Shown: piece by piece, positions 1-9,822 of the stretch
Layout: each line of letters starts with the position of its first letter
How positions within the stretch are numbered: the stretch's first letter is position 1
The notes under the pieces: model-generated
Told to the model about the DNA's origin: nothing
Seen by the model: the letters and a program-made list of their open reading frames with translations, nothing else
Databases searched by the model: none
Position numbers and translations under genes: made by a program
IMG/VR virus record: IMGVR_UViG_2061766007_000215
Reading direction: 5' to 3' (one strand)
Origin: an uncultured virus (IMG/VR IMGVR_UViG_2061766007_000215)
Taxonomy: Duplodnaviria; Heunggongvirae; Uroviricota; Caudoviricetes
DNA: 62,072 nucleotides

Positions 1-1
1 A

Positions 2-559
2 GATTATACTATTAAGATAAATCAAGAAAATAATATTGAACAAATAACAGGATTTACAGGAACATTAACGGCTACTGTTAAAGATTTAGATACTATAGTT
101 GATGATTTACAAGTTAATTGGTATTCAAGTGATAATACAGTTGTTAAAATAGATAATAATGGTAATTATGAAATAGTTGGTACAATAGTTGGAGATAAAG
201 CAACTATTACTTGTTGTCTAGATGTTAATAAAGATGTTAAAGATTCTATTGATATAGAAATTGTTTCAAGTGTTGTTACAAATAAAGTAATTGTAGTTAA
301 TCCTAACAATATTAAACTACTTAAAGAAAGAGATAAAGTAGACTTTATTTGTAATGTCTATAATGAAGGGGAGTTATTGCCCGATGTGGTTAACTGTGTT
401 GGTAGTGGTGTACCTAATAGTATATATACTCTTATTAGTCAGCCTAGTGGTTATAAACTCATTATACACAAAAAATATAACAAACCGCTCACATTAACAT
501 TTAGTGCCGCAGGTTGTACTGATTATATAATGACCATTAAGTTAATAGGTCTATTATAA
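2..559 (+). CDS. 5'-truncated virion protein with Ig-like (Big_2-type) domain
   Basis: Frame is open from base 2 to TAA 559 (longer than the track ORF). It reads ...LTATVKD...VNWYSSDNTVVKIDNNG...GDKATITC, a typical Big_2 pattern. Confidence 0.6.
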   Translation, partial: DYTIKINQENNIEQITGFTGTLTATVKDLDTIVDDLQVNWYSSDNTVVKIDNNGNYEIVGTIVGDKATITCCLDVNKDVKDSIDIEIVSSVVTNKVIVVNPNNIKLLKERDKVDFICNVYNEGELLPDVVNCVGSGVPNSIYTLISQPSGYKLIIHKKYNKPLTLTFSAAGCTDYIMTIKLIGLL

Positions 560-569
560 GGAGATATAT

Positions 570-1184
570 ATGTTATCTAATGGAAATAGTTCAATGGCTT
601 TTAATGACTTTTCCGAAATGCCTTATATCCCTTATAAGATATTAGAGGCATTATTAACAGAAGAGTCACAAATAGCAGAGGACTTTTGGAAACTTTTAAA
701 ATATGCAGATGTTAAAGCCTTAGAAAAGGATAATTTAACATATAATGAAAAAATAGAACTTATATGGAAAGGTGAATCAATAGAACAAAATTACAACGTG
801 TTCTTAAAACCACTTGTAGGTTCTTCTTTAGATACGGCAGAAGCCCAAACACAATTTAGAATATTTAGGTTTACTAATATGCCTACAAATCAATTTGAAG
901 CAATCATTACATTTGAAGCAGATTTTATAACAAATGAAAAAACGGCATTAGTATATCAAAATGGTATGTTGTGTGAAAGAACTGATTTAATGGAGTCTAT
1001 GTTTTTAAATATTATGAATGGTAGAGATATTGGATTAGGTAGTGGGTTTGTTAATTTTAATAGAGAATTTAGTCGTTCTTGTAATTCTCAATTAAATATT
1101 GGTAACTCTAAAAGTTTCTATGGTCGCTCGTTAGTAATGGCGGTTAATTTCGCTAGTGGTGAAAGCGGTGGTCTTTGTGGTTGA
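570..1184 (+). CDS. hypothetical virion morphogenesis protein
   Basis: 204-aa ORF with AAGGAG RBS; lies just upstream of the tail genes. Confidence 0.55.
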   Translation: MLSNGNSSMAFNDFSEMPYIPYKILEALLTEESQIAEDFWKLLKYADVKALEKDNLTYNEKIELIWKGESIEQNYNVFLKPLVGSSLDTAEAQTQFRIFRFTNMPTNQFEAIITFEADFITNEKTALVYQNGMLCERTDLMESMFLNIMNGRDIGLGSGFVNFNREFSRSCNSQLNIGNSKSFYGRSLVMAVNFASGESGGLCG

Positions 1185-1992
1185 TATTAAAGACCTTGAA
1201 TTAAGATATTTTTGTAATGGTTATAATGTTCCATATAAGGTAAAAAAAGGTGGAGATTTAAATATAAAACCAATATTAGTAAAAGATTATCCTTATTATG
1301 AAATGGCTAAAAATATCTTAGAAATACCAAAAAACGAAACCAATGATATAAATGTTATTAAAATGTCATATTTAGAGTTTTTAATTAATTATATTATAAA
1401 TACTAATGAAATATATAGTGGATATTTTATTAAAATATGTGAATTATGTTTTGGTTATACAAATGTAGGAATAATAAAACATAATAAAAAGTATTGTATA
1501 GCATTATGTGATGATGAGCAAATAGTAAAGTATATTATAACACCAAAAGAATTTGACGAAATCAGTAAAATTATACTTAATCAAAATGATGCTCATTATG
1601 ATGGTAGATATGTTAATCCCGATGTTAGAGAACTTATGAATGAATATTATAAAGTAAAATATTCTAATACACATTCTCCAAGTTTAGAAGAAAAGAAAGC
1701 ATTTATTACAAGTAAAACAGGGATAGACATTAATACTATTAACGAAATGACATATAGATATTTTGATTTAGTATATAGTTCAAGTGTTAATAATGACCTT
1801 TATTTTGCTCAAAAAATGGTTCAATGTTCATATAAATATGATGTTAAAGAAGATGTTCGTCACCCTTTATTTGAACCACCTAAAGACCCTTATGCAGAAA
1901 TATTTGAAGATACAGGTATTCTTGGTGAAAAGGGTGTTAGTGGAGCAGATAAATTAAACGCACAAAATGCTAAAATGATGCTTGAAAATTAA
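1177..1992 (+). CDS. hypothetical tail-module protein
   Basis: Long ORF; probable GTG start at 1177 after GAAAGCGGTG; followed by a terminator. Confidence 0.55.
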   Translation: MVDIKDLELRYFCNGYNVPYKVKKGGDLNIKPILVKDYPYYEMAKNILEIPKNETNDINVIKMSYLEFLINYIINTNEIYSGYFIKICELCFGYTNVGIIKHNKKYCIALCDDEQIVKYIITPKEFDEISKIILNQNDAHYDGRYVNPDVRELMNEYYKVKYSNTHSPSLEEKKAFITSKTGIDINTINEMTYRYFDLVYSSSVNNDLYFAQKMVQCSYKYDVKEDVRHPLFEPPKDPYAEIFEDTGILGEKGVSGADKLNAQNAKMMLEN

Positions 1993-1998
1993 GTTAAT

Positions 1999-2027
1999 AA
2001 TATGGGAGTTATTTTAACTCCCATATT
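1999..2027 (+). terminator. hairpin, probable intrinsic terminator
   Basis: AATATGGGAGTTA / TAACTCCCATATT inverted repeat. Confidence 0.6.
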
Positions 2028-2120
2028 TGTATAGTATATAAGATAACTTAACAGTTATTTTTATATAATATATTATATAAAAAATATTAGAATAACTTAT
2101 TATTAAGGAGGAAATTCATT

Positions 2121-2480
2121 ATGGCAAGTAAATTTATTCTTGCAGGTGTTGGTGATATTCAGTTATTTGACCAAGGTTCGGGTGAAATAATTGTTACATC
2201 TAAAACACTTACTGATAGTGGAATAAACTTTAGTGTTACCGCAGAAGATATTCGTGGTGGTAAGGCAAATGCTATTCTTGGTAAATACTTCCATGATACT
2301 GCTATGGAACTTACTCTTACGGATGCACTTTTCTCACTAGAGTATCTTGCACTTAACGTTGGTGGTACAATTACGGCAGGTTCTAACGTATTTAAGACAG
2401 AGCCTATTACCACAACTGTAGCAGACACAATTACTGTATCTGAAACACCTCAGATGTTTGGTTCTGTAGGAACTATCGGT
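2121..2480 (+). CDS. major tail (tube) protein, exon 1
   Basis: Strong AAGGAGG RBS and highly expressed codon style. Ends ...GTIG at the U-G splice site and joins in frame to 3742. Confidence 0.75.
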
Positions 2481-2731
2481 TGACGTATACTAGCCGAATT
2501 TACATAGTAATATGTAACTAATAAACCCCTTTAATTGCTAGAAACTCCTAAAGATATACTAACTACAACGTAATGATGAAATAAACATAAGCGTGAATGT
2601 TGCGAAAGCAGAAAAAATAGTATATATAATATATGGCGCAAGCCTAAATATTTTAACAATGGACAATTAGCAACCAAGACCCGAATAGGGTAAGGCTCAA
2701 CGACTATCGAAAACAATAATAAATATAACTC

Positions 2732-2760
2732 TTGACAAAGAGAATAAGATGTGTTATAAT
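2732..2760 (+). promoter_or_regulatory. consensus sigmaA/sigma70 promoter inside the intron
   Basis: TTGACA-17 nt-TATAAT with extended -10 TG. Confidence 0.8.
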
Positions 2761-2901
2761 ATAATAAAAATATTATACTCATACGAAGTGAGTAGAGTAC
2801 ATTTCAAGCGGAATGGAAATAGGGGGCAACCTTTAATTAGGTTGAAGATATAGTCTAAACACTTAGGGAAACCAAGTGAGGAAATTTTAAAGGAATTAAA
2901 T

Positions 2902-3714
2902 ATGGAAAACAATTATTATGTATATCTATATAAAAGAAAAGATAATGGTAATGTATTTTATATAGGTAAAGGCAAAGGTCGCAGAGATAAAGATATTAAT
3001 GGTCATAATAATTTTTGTAAGAATATTGCAAATAAATATGGCTATATAATAGAAAGAGTAAAAGAAAATCTTTTAGAACAAGAAGCATTAGATTTAGAAA
3101 TCCAAACTATTGATTATTATGTTAATACTTTAGGTTATAGTATTGCGTTAAATTATGGTGATGAAAAAAGAGATAGAAATAATGATAAATTTTTATGTAA
3201 TCACACTTTAGGTGGTGATTCTCCAAACGGTCATCATAGAATGTCTTTAAAAGAAAGACAAAAACGTAGTAATAATTGGTTGGGTGATAAAAATATTGCT
3301 AAGAGGAAAGATGTAAGAGAAAAATTAAGTAAACACGCAAAAGAAAATAATTCGTTTGCAAAACCCGAAGTAATTGAAAAAATTACTCAAAAGACTATAG
3401 AAAGATTAAATGACCCAAAAGTAAAACAACAGAGGTCTGAGTTTTATAAAGCCTTTTATAAAACAGAAAGTGGTAAAAAGGCTATAGAAAAAGCACGTAA
3501 AACTAAAAAAGATAAAAATCTTTCTACACATAATTCAATAAAATTATATTGTATTGAAACAAATAAAATATATGATTCTCTTACAAAATTTCAAAAAGAA
3601 CATGGAATAGATAGGCATAAAATTCATAAGTTGTTTAAAGAAACAAATAATGAATATATAGAAGTAATCGACAAATATAATTCATCTTTACTACATATAA
3701 AAATTTCCGTTTAA
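2902..3714 (+). CDS. intron-encoded GIY-YIG homing endonuclease
   Basis: YYVYLY...VFYIGKG..R...E...N motif; basic NUMOD-like C-terminus (IKLYCIETNKIYDS). Confidence 0.85.
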   Translation: MENNYYVYLYKRKDNGNVFYIGKGKGRRDKDINGHNNFCKNIANKYGYIIERVKENLLEQEALDLEIQTIDYYVNTLGYSIALNYGDEKRDRNNDKFLCNHTLGGDSPNGHHRMSLKERQKRSNNWLGDKNIAKRKDVREKLSKHAKENNSFAKPEVIEKITQKTIERLNDPKVKQQRSEFYKAFYKTESGKKAIEKARKTKKDKNLSTHNSIKLYCIETNKIYDSLTKFQKEHGIDRHKIHKLFKETNNEYIEVIDKYNSSLLHIKISV

Positions 3715-3741
3715 GTGTAGCGAACTTAAATAAATATATTG

Positions 3742-4220
3742 TGGTACACAATAGCAGGTAAAGATGAATGGACAAAGATTACATTTGATGCTGAAACAAA
3801 GAGTGCTACAGTATCTAATTTACCTTCGGGTACTTCTGTTTGTGTTAAGTATATTCACACAGATGCGGCGGCTGAACAGTTTATAGTTTCATCTGCATTT
3901 ATTCCCGACCAAGTACACGCAGTTCTTACACTTCCACTCTTTAAGGCAACTGTAGGAGCAGACGCTTCTTATACGTCAAGTTCTAAGGTTGGCGAAGTAC
4001 AGGTTGATATACCTAACTTCCTTCTTGCGGGAGCGCAGGAACTTTCACTTTCTTCATCGGGTGCGGCTACAACTGCTCTTAGTGGTTCTGCACTTGCTTC
4101 TTATACGGGTAATGAAGGTTGTGATGCAGATGGTTACTATGCAGTTCTCAAGCAAGTTATATTTGGTAAGGACGAATGGGCTGATGTAAAGGCTATCGTT
4201 ATTGCTGATTCTGATATTGA
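3742..4220 (+). CDS. major tail (tube) protein, exon 2 (truncated by gap)
   Basis: Begins TGG (WYTIAGKDEW) right after the terminal G; no RBS of its own; in frame with exon 1. Confidence 0.75.
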
Positions 4221-4230
4221 NNNNNNNNNN

Positions 4231-4338
4231 GTATTTCCATGATACTGCTATGGAACTTACTCTTACAGATGCGCTTTTCTCACTTGAGTATCTTGCACTT
4301 AACGTTGGTGGTACAATTACGGCAGGTTCTAATGTATT
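4231..4338 (+). repeat. second-allele fragment of the tail tube gene (copy of about 2284-2392)
   Basis: Same peptide YFHDTAMELTLTDALFSLEYL with synonymous changes, bounded by N-gaps. Confidence 0.85.
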
Positions 4339-4538
4339 NNNNNNNNNNNNNNNNNNNNNNNNNNNNNNNNNNNNNNNNNNNNNNNNNNNNNNNNNNNNNN
4401 NNNNNNNNNNNNNNNNNNNNNNNNNNNNNNNNNNNNNNNNNNNNNNNNNNNNNNNNNNNNNNNNNNNNNNNNNNNNNNNNNNNNTTGAAAAGGGTAAAGT
4501 TTATACTTTGCCCTTTTCTTACATATTGGAGTTTAGTT

Positions 4539-5057
4539 ATGGATTTATGTGAACACGCTTTTTATAAACCCGAAGAAAAATATACACCTAGTTTATATTG
4601 CAAAATAGATGATAAAAGGTGTATATATAGTAAAAGATGTTTAAAAGTAGACCGCTTTATTCCTTTAGAGGGAGAAAAGTGGAGGGAGTGTTATAAATAC
4701 ATTATGGAAAAACGTAAGAATATACCACAGGGTTCTTGTCTAGTACAGACAACAAGACCACATAAGAATGGTAATCTTTATTTGTATGTATTAACAGATG
4801 AAGATAAGATAGAAAGAATATTGTCTGATTTTAAGAAACTTGACCAAGAGTATGTGTATCTTAGAAAGTCTGTAAACGGTAAATATCAGATTTCTTTAGA
4901 GCCTTTTACTATTGAACAAGAGTTTATAAATAAGCCCGAAATAGTAGAAGAAAAAATTGAAACCAAAGAAGATAAGGTTGAATCCAAAGAAATAGAAAGT
5001 AAACCAAAGAAAAGAACTTATAATAAGAAAAAGAAAAATGAAGCAGAGAGAGATTAA
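4539..5057 (+). CDS. hypothetical protein (Cys-rich N-terminus, charged C-terminus)
   Basis: ATG 4539 after GGAG RBS; MDLCEHAF... Confidence 0.6.
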   Translation: MDLCEHAFYKPEEKYTPSLYCKIDDKRCIYSKRCLKVDRFIPLEGEKWRECYKYIMEKRKNIPQGSCLVQTTRPHKNGNLYLYVLTDEDKIERILSDFKKLDQEYVYLRKSVNGKYQISLEPFTIEQEFINKPEIVEEKIETKEDKVESKEIESKPKKRTYNKKKKNEAERD

Positions 5058-5371
5058 ACAAGGTGACGTTTATATGGTTAATTTATCTAATGATACTATT
5101 GACCACGAAACAGGAAAAGTCCGACCTTGTATAATTGTTTCTTGTAATAAGCGTAATGATAATAGTAGTAATATATTTATATTTCCNNNNNNNNNNNNNG
5201 TATAAAAAAGACTATAATTTCTTTACTTATTCAAGCAACACAGTATTATGTGAAGAGGGTAGGTCTATAAGTAAAAAAAGGTTGGAAAGAAAATTAGGTT
5301 CTATTGAACTAAAAGATTTATTAGAAATATTAAAGATAAAAGAATATATTTTTATAGAAAAAAAAATATAG
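5038..5371 (+). CDS. PemK/MazF-like endoribonuclease (gap inside)
   Basis: From ATG 5038: MKQREIKQGDVYMVNL...HETGKVRPCIIVSCN; after the gap: VLCEEGRSISKKRLERKLG. Both halves match the MazF pattern. Confidence 0.75.
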
Positions 5372-5504
5372 CGTTTTGTTAATATTAAAATATATTGGCA
5401 AAACGCTATAATTAATTTGGAAATTATAACGCTATAGCGTTAGTACATAGATAAAATGGAGATGATATCTCCAAATAAATATATATTTAAAGGAGATATT
5501 GCGT

Positions 5505-5939
5505 ATGGGCGAATTTGAGGATTTAAAAAAGAAAATAGACCACTTGGAATATGATGAGATAAATCCTATGAAAGAAGATATTAATGAAATAAAAATTGCA
5601 TTAACGAGTAATGATTTGTTAATAAAACAAGCATTAGAAAGTAATAAAAAAGTATCTGATTCATTAGAAGTATTAAAAGATACTATGGTAGAAGTTTCAC
5701 GTTCTGTTAGAGATAGTAATAGAATAAATGATGAAATAACCAAAACCATAGAAGAACTTAATAAAAGAATAGGGTCTGTAGATAATAATACAAAAGAGGC
5801 TCTTGAAAAGTTTGAATGTAAAATAACAGAAATAGACAACAAATCCAAACTTGATGTTATGCTATGGATTAAAAATAATTGGTTTGGAATTGTTGGTATA
5901 ATTGGAATTATTTATACAATAATCAAAAATATGATATAA
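5505..5939 (+). CDS. coiled-coil protein with C-terminal transmembrane helix (XhlA-like architecture)
   Basis: Heptad-rich; ends WFGIVGIIGIIYTIIK. Confidence 0.5.
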   Translation: MGEFEDLKKKIDHLEYDEINPMKEDINEIKIALTSNDLLIKQALESNKKVSDSLEVLKDTMVEVSRSVRDSNRINDEITKTIEELNKRIGSVDNNTKEALEKFECKITEIDNKSKLDVMLWIKNNWFGIVGIIGIIYTIIKNMI

Positions 5940-5961
5940 AAATATAGAAAGGGGAAACCTT

Positions 5962-6150
5962 ATGGAAAGTATTGTAAGAGTAGGTGGCTCTGCGGTTGAT
6001 AAAAGTGGTGACCTTAGAGGTCTTACTACAGATACCAAACCAACTGCCGCTAATGGTAATGATGTTCCTCACGGTACAACGTGGATAAATATGGATGATG
6101 GTTCGGCATATATGTATAATAAAAATAATGATACATGGTACGAAGTATAA
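5962..6150 (+). CDS. small virion-associated protein
   Basis: 62 aa with RBS; DTKPT...GTTWINMDDGSAYMY...WYEV pattern common in tail modules. Confidence 0.55.
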   Translation: MESIVRVGGSAVDKSGDLRGLTTDTKPTAANGNDVPHGTTWINMDDGSAYMYNKNNDTWYEV

Positions 6151-6172
6151 TGATAAGGAGGTGAACGTATAA

Positions 6173-9100
6173 ATGGATGGAGTAGTTGCATACATCCTTG
6201 GTAAGTCCTATACAAAGAAAAGCCTCATTGGTATAGGGGCATTAGCGGGCGCACCTTGTCAAGTACAAAGTATTAATAAAGTAGATAAAACTACTACTAT
6301 AACTCTTAAATGGGAAGATAATCAAGGTGGAGTTCATACACAAAGTTTTGATATTGAAGATGGTGCAGACGGAGTTAGTGTAAGTAATGCTACAATTAAC
6401 CCAAGTGGTCATTTAATACTTACATTATCAGATGGTAACAATATAGATTGTGGACAAGTATTACCACAATATAGTACAATGCCTTCACCTAGTGCAAGTA
6501 ACGTAGGTCAGATATTACAATATATTGGAAATAATACACCTAATTACACTAATGGATATTTTTATCAATGTATAAATGATGGTGGTGTATATAAATGGAT
6601 AGAAAAACCTGTTCAAGATTCTTATTCAAAAACTGAAATAGGTAATTTATCTAATTTACCCGATAATACAAAAAATGTAGTAGAAAATATTGGGAGTCTT
6701 AAACTTTCAATAGACCAATTACAAGCAAGTAAATTATCTATTTCTGACATAGATAATGCGCTTTCAGATTCAAGTGAAAATCCTGTTCAAAATAAAGTAA
6801 TAAAACTTACTATAGACCAATTAAGGGGTTCTTTACTTGATTTAATTAATGATAAAGAAGATAGATTTAGATATACTACAATGCCTACTGCTGATAGTAT
6901 AAACGTAGGCAAAATAGTAGAATATATAGGTAATACAACCGCTACATATACCAATGGATATTTTTATCAATGTAGATTTGATGGAACTAATTATAGTTGG
7001 GTTCAAAAAAATATACAACCTAGTAATGGTGGTACAGGTGGTGATGGTGTAGTAGATGGTTATTATAATCCTACCGACCATTTATTCTATGAAGAAAATA
7101 CATTTATTAATCCTATAGTTGGTGATAATAATACTCTTTATGTATCACTTGATACTAACTTAGTTTATAGATTTGACGACCCTATATTTGTAAGAGTAGA
7201 TGATAGTGGTGGTGTTGTAAATGGTTATTATAACACATTAGATGGAAAGTTCTATGAAGATTCTACTTATACAACTGAAATAGTAGGTGAATTAGATAAA
7301 ATATATATTTCAGTAGATACAAATATTCAATATAGGTGGGATGGTACTCAATTTATTACAATAAGTAGTAGCGTAACGGTTGACGACCATTTATCTGATA
7401 CAAGTGAAAATCCCGTACAAAACAAGGTAATTAAACTTGCATTAGACCAAATACAAGCGTCAATGCTTACTGCGGAACAAAAAGAAAAACTTATTAAACT
7501 TGAGCCTATCTATCTTATTGGTAGTGGTCTTAATCTTGACCCGATAACAGGGGAACTTAGAGCAAGTGGAATAGATGTTCCTATTGATGACCATTTATCT
7601 AATACATCACTTAATCCTGTACAAAATAAAGTTATAACAGAAAAAATAAATGATTTAGATGCACTTATGGCTACTAAATTATCTGTTAGTGATGTAGATA
7701 ATGCTTTAAGTGGTACAAGTTTAAATCCTGTTCAAAATAAAGTTATTAAACTTACTATTGACCAAATGCAAGGTTCTATCTTAGAAAAGATAAGAAAGAG
7801 ATTAGATGCTCAAGAAAATAATTTTGCTATTTGGGATAATGGTGGGGAAGTAAAAGATAGTGGAATATCAAAAGATATAATTCCTAGTAGTGCAAGTTCA
7901 AGTAATAAACTTTTGGTTAAAAGTGATATAGATAGTGCTTTATCTACTACAAGTGAAAATCCTGTTCAAAATAAAGCAATTACAGTTCCATTACAGGCAT
8001 TACAAGGTTCTTTAATTAATAAGGCAGATAAAGTAAGTAGTGCAACTAATGATAATTTCGCTACGTTAGATGCTAATGGAAATCTTAAAGATAGTGGAAT
8101 AAATAAAAATATTGTTCCAAGTAGTGCTACAAGTTCTAATAAACTTGCTACTATTGCAGATATTCCCGATGAATTAAATGATTTAGATGATGTTGTTATT
8201 ACAACACCTGTTAATAGTCAAATACTTGCATATAATAGTACATCGGGTAAATGGGAAAATAAAACAGGTCAAGAAACTATTGGTGGTTTAGTATTTAAAG
8301 GTTCTATATTATTTGCAAATTTACCTACTTCGGGTATGTCAAATGGTGACGCTTATGATATTAAGGACGCATTTACTACTGACAATAGATTTGAAGAAGG
8401 TAGTGGAATAGCCTGTGGTGCAGGTACAGACGTTGTATGGGTAGCATCTGAAAATAAATGGAATATTTTAACACCATCGGGTGTTTATTCCTTTAATGGT
8501 CGTACAGGTGCAATACAACCTGCTACAAGTGATTATGATGCCAACCAAGTTGATTATAATAATACAACAAGTGGGTTAACGGCTACAGACGTTCAAGCGG
8601 CTATTGATGAAAATGTTTCTAATTTAAGTTCACATATTAGTAATACAAACAATCCTCATAGTGTTACTGCTACACAAGTTGGTCTTGGTAGTGTTGTAAA
8701 TACAGGAGATAGTGCTACACCTGTTAGTGGTGGTACAACCAAATTTACAACAGGTGGTGCTTATACTGAATTAAATAAAAAGGCAGATAAAGTTACAAAT
8801 GCAACTAATGGTAATTTTGCAGGACTTGATGCTAATGGAAATTTAACTGATAGTGGTAAAAAAGCAAGTGATTTTGCTACTGATAATCAAACATTTTCAC
8901 AAGCATCAACAAGAACTAACATTGCAAGTGGAGAATCATTTTCAACTATCTTTGGCAAAATAATGAAATGGTTTGCTGACCTTAAAGATTTAGCATTTAT
9001 TAATAAGCCTAGTAGCGGTCAAACTACAACATTTTTACGTGGTGATGGTACATGGGTTGCACCTTCGGGGGCAAGTTCATGGGATACACCAATAAATTTA

Positions 9101-9319
9101 GCAGAAGGTCAAACTTATCAAAATTTTACAGGTTTAAGTAGTTCTTATGCTTACGAAGTATGGTTTGATTGTGCAAATAATGTTGCACCTCCTACTTTAA
9201 CAAATTTTATTTTTACAAGTAGTACAGAAGCAACAGCAACATTTAGTGCAGTTACAAGCGCACAAACAGGAACAGGTAATGAATGTAAAATTAGATTAAG
9301 AATGATTTCTTTGTCATAA
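6173..9319 (+). CDS. tail fibre-like repeat protein
   Basis: 1048 aa; repeated D..LS..S.NPVQNK.I, GYYN..D..FYE and KADKV..ATN.NFA.LDANGNL.DSG modules; FLRGDGTW. Confidence 0.75.
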   Translation: MDGVVAYILGKSYTKKSLIGIGALAGAPCQVQSINKVDKTTTITLKWEDNQGGVHTQSFDIEDGADGVSVSNATINPSGHLILTLSDGNNIDCGQVLPQYSTMPSPSASNVGQILQYIGNNTPNYTNGYFYQCINDGGVYKWIEKPVQDSYSKTEIGNLSNLPDNTKNVVENIGSLKLSIDQLQASKLSISDIDNALSDSSENPVQNKVIKLTIDQLRGSLLDLINDKEDRFRYTTMPTADSINVGKIVEYIGNTTATYTNGYFYQCRFDGTNYSWVQKNIQPSNGGTGGDGVVDGYYNPTDHLFYEENTFINPIVGDNNTLYVSLDTNLVYRFDDPIFVRVDDSGGVVNGYYNTLDGKFYEDSTYTTEIVGELDKIYISVDTNIQYRWDGTQFITISSSVTVDDHLSDTSENPVQNKVIKLALDQIQASMLTAEQKEKLIKLEPIYLIGSGLNLDPITGELRASGIDVPIDDHLSNTSLNPVQNKVITEKINDLDALMATKLSVSDVDNALSGTSLNPVQNKVIKLTIDQMQGSILEKIRKRLDAQENNFAIWDNGGEVKDSGISKDIIPSSASSSNKLLVKSDIDSALSTTSENPVQNKAITVPLQALQGSLINKADKVSSATNDNFATLDANGNLKDSGINKNIVPSSATSSNKLATIADIPDELNDLDDVVITTPVNSQILAYNSTSGKWENKTGQETIGGLVFKGSILFANLPTSGMSNGDAYDIKDAFTTDNRFEEGSGIACGAGTDVVWVASENKWNILTPSGVYSFNGRTGAIQPATSDYDANQVDYNNTTSGLTATDVQAAIDENVSNLSSHISNTNNPHSVTATQVGLGSVVNTGDSATPVSGGTTKFTTGGAYTELNKKADKVTNATNGNFAGLDANGNLTDSGKKASDFATDNQTFSQASTRTNIASGESFSTIFGKIMKWFADLKDLAFINKPSSGQTTTFLRGDGTWVAPSGASSWDTPINLAEGQTYQNFTGLSSSYAYEVWFDCANNVAPPTLTNFIFTSSTEATATFSAVTSAQTGTGNECKIRLRMISLS

Positions 9320-9328
9320 CTTAAATTT

Positions 9329-9365
9329 TATAAGAGTGGGAATAATAAATATTTTCACTCTTATA
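9329..9365 (+). terminator. hairpin, probable terminator
   Basis: TATAAGAGTG / CACTCTTATA. Confidence 0.55.
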
Positions 9366-9387
9366 GTACATATTAAGGAGAAATGTA

Positions 9388-9822
9388 ATGAAAATAGTTA
9401 GAGATTATTTAACAAGTTCTGAAATTAGTTATATAATTGAAGCAATGTTAGAGAAAGAAACCGCTCTTGAAAGAGAAGTGGTTAAAGTTGCTTTGGTTGC
9501 TCAATTACTTTGTGAAGAAATAGGTGACTTTGAAGATTGTAATGACATATATGATAAAGTAGTAGCCGATGATAAACTTAATTTTAGTGCTATTATAAAT
9601 AATTATGATATTATTGATAAATTATATGCAGAAGAAACAGGTATTAATAGTATTATCAAAGGTTTTGTTGAAGATATAAATAAAAAATTAGATGAATCTG
9701 TTAAGAATCTTGATTTAAATGGTGTAATTAAGCAATTAAAAGAGATTTCAGAAACAGATAATAAAAATACTACTGTAAAGGGTGGTAAAAATGGCGCAAA
9801 AACCAAAAAGGATATATCATAG
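9388..9822 (+). CDS. hypothetical protein
   Basis: 144-aa ORF with AAGGAG RBS. Confidence 0.6.
   Translation: MKIVRDYLTSSEISYIIEAMLEKETALEREVVKVALVAQLLCEEIGDFEDCNDIYDKVVADDKLNFSAIINNYDIIDKLYAEETGINSIIKGFVEDINKKLDESVKNLDLNGVIKQLKEISETDNKNTTVKGGKNGAKTKKDIS

Larger units (their letters stand above)
2481..3741 (+). mobile_element. group I self-splicing intron (IA-like) with homing endonuclease ORF in P9
   Basis: P AATTGCTAGAAACTC 2533, Q AATTAGCAACC 2665, R GCTCAACGACTA 2695, S AAGATATAGTC 2845. P3 CCCCT/AGGGG, P7 GACTA/TAGTC, P8 CAACCT/AGGTTG. P1 TCGGT|T with AGCCGA; terminal G at 3741. Confidence 0.92.

Noticed and set aside
9782..9822. Tail chaperone programmed -1 frameshift
   Set aside because: The downstream ORF is in the +1 frame, has its own RBS and ATG (9791), and no clear slippery heptamer is present.
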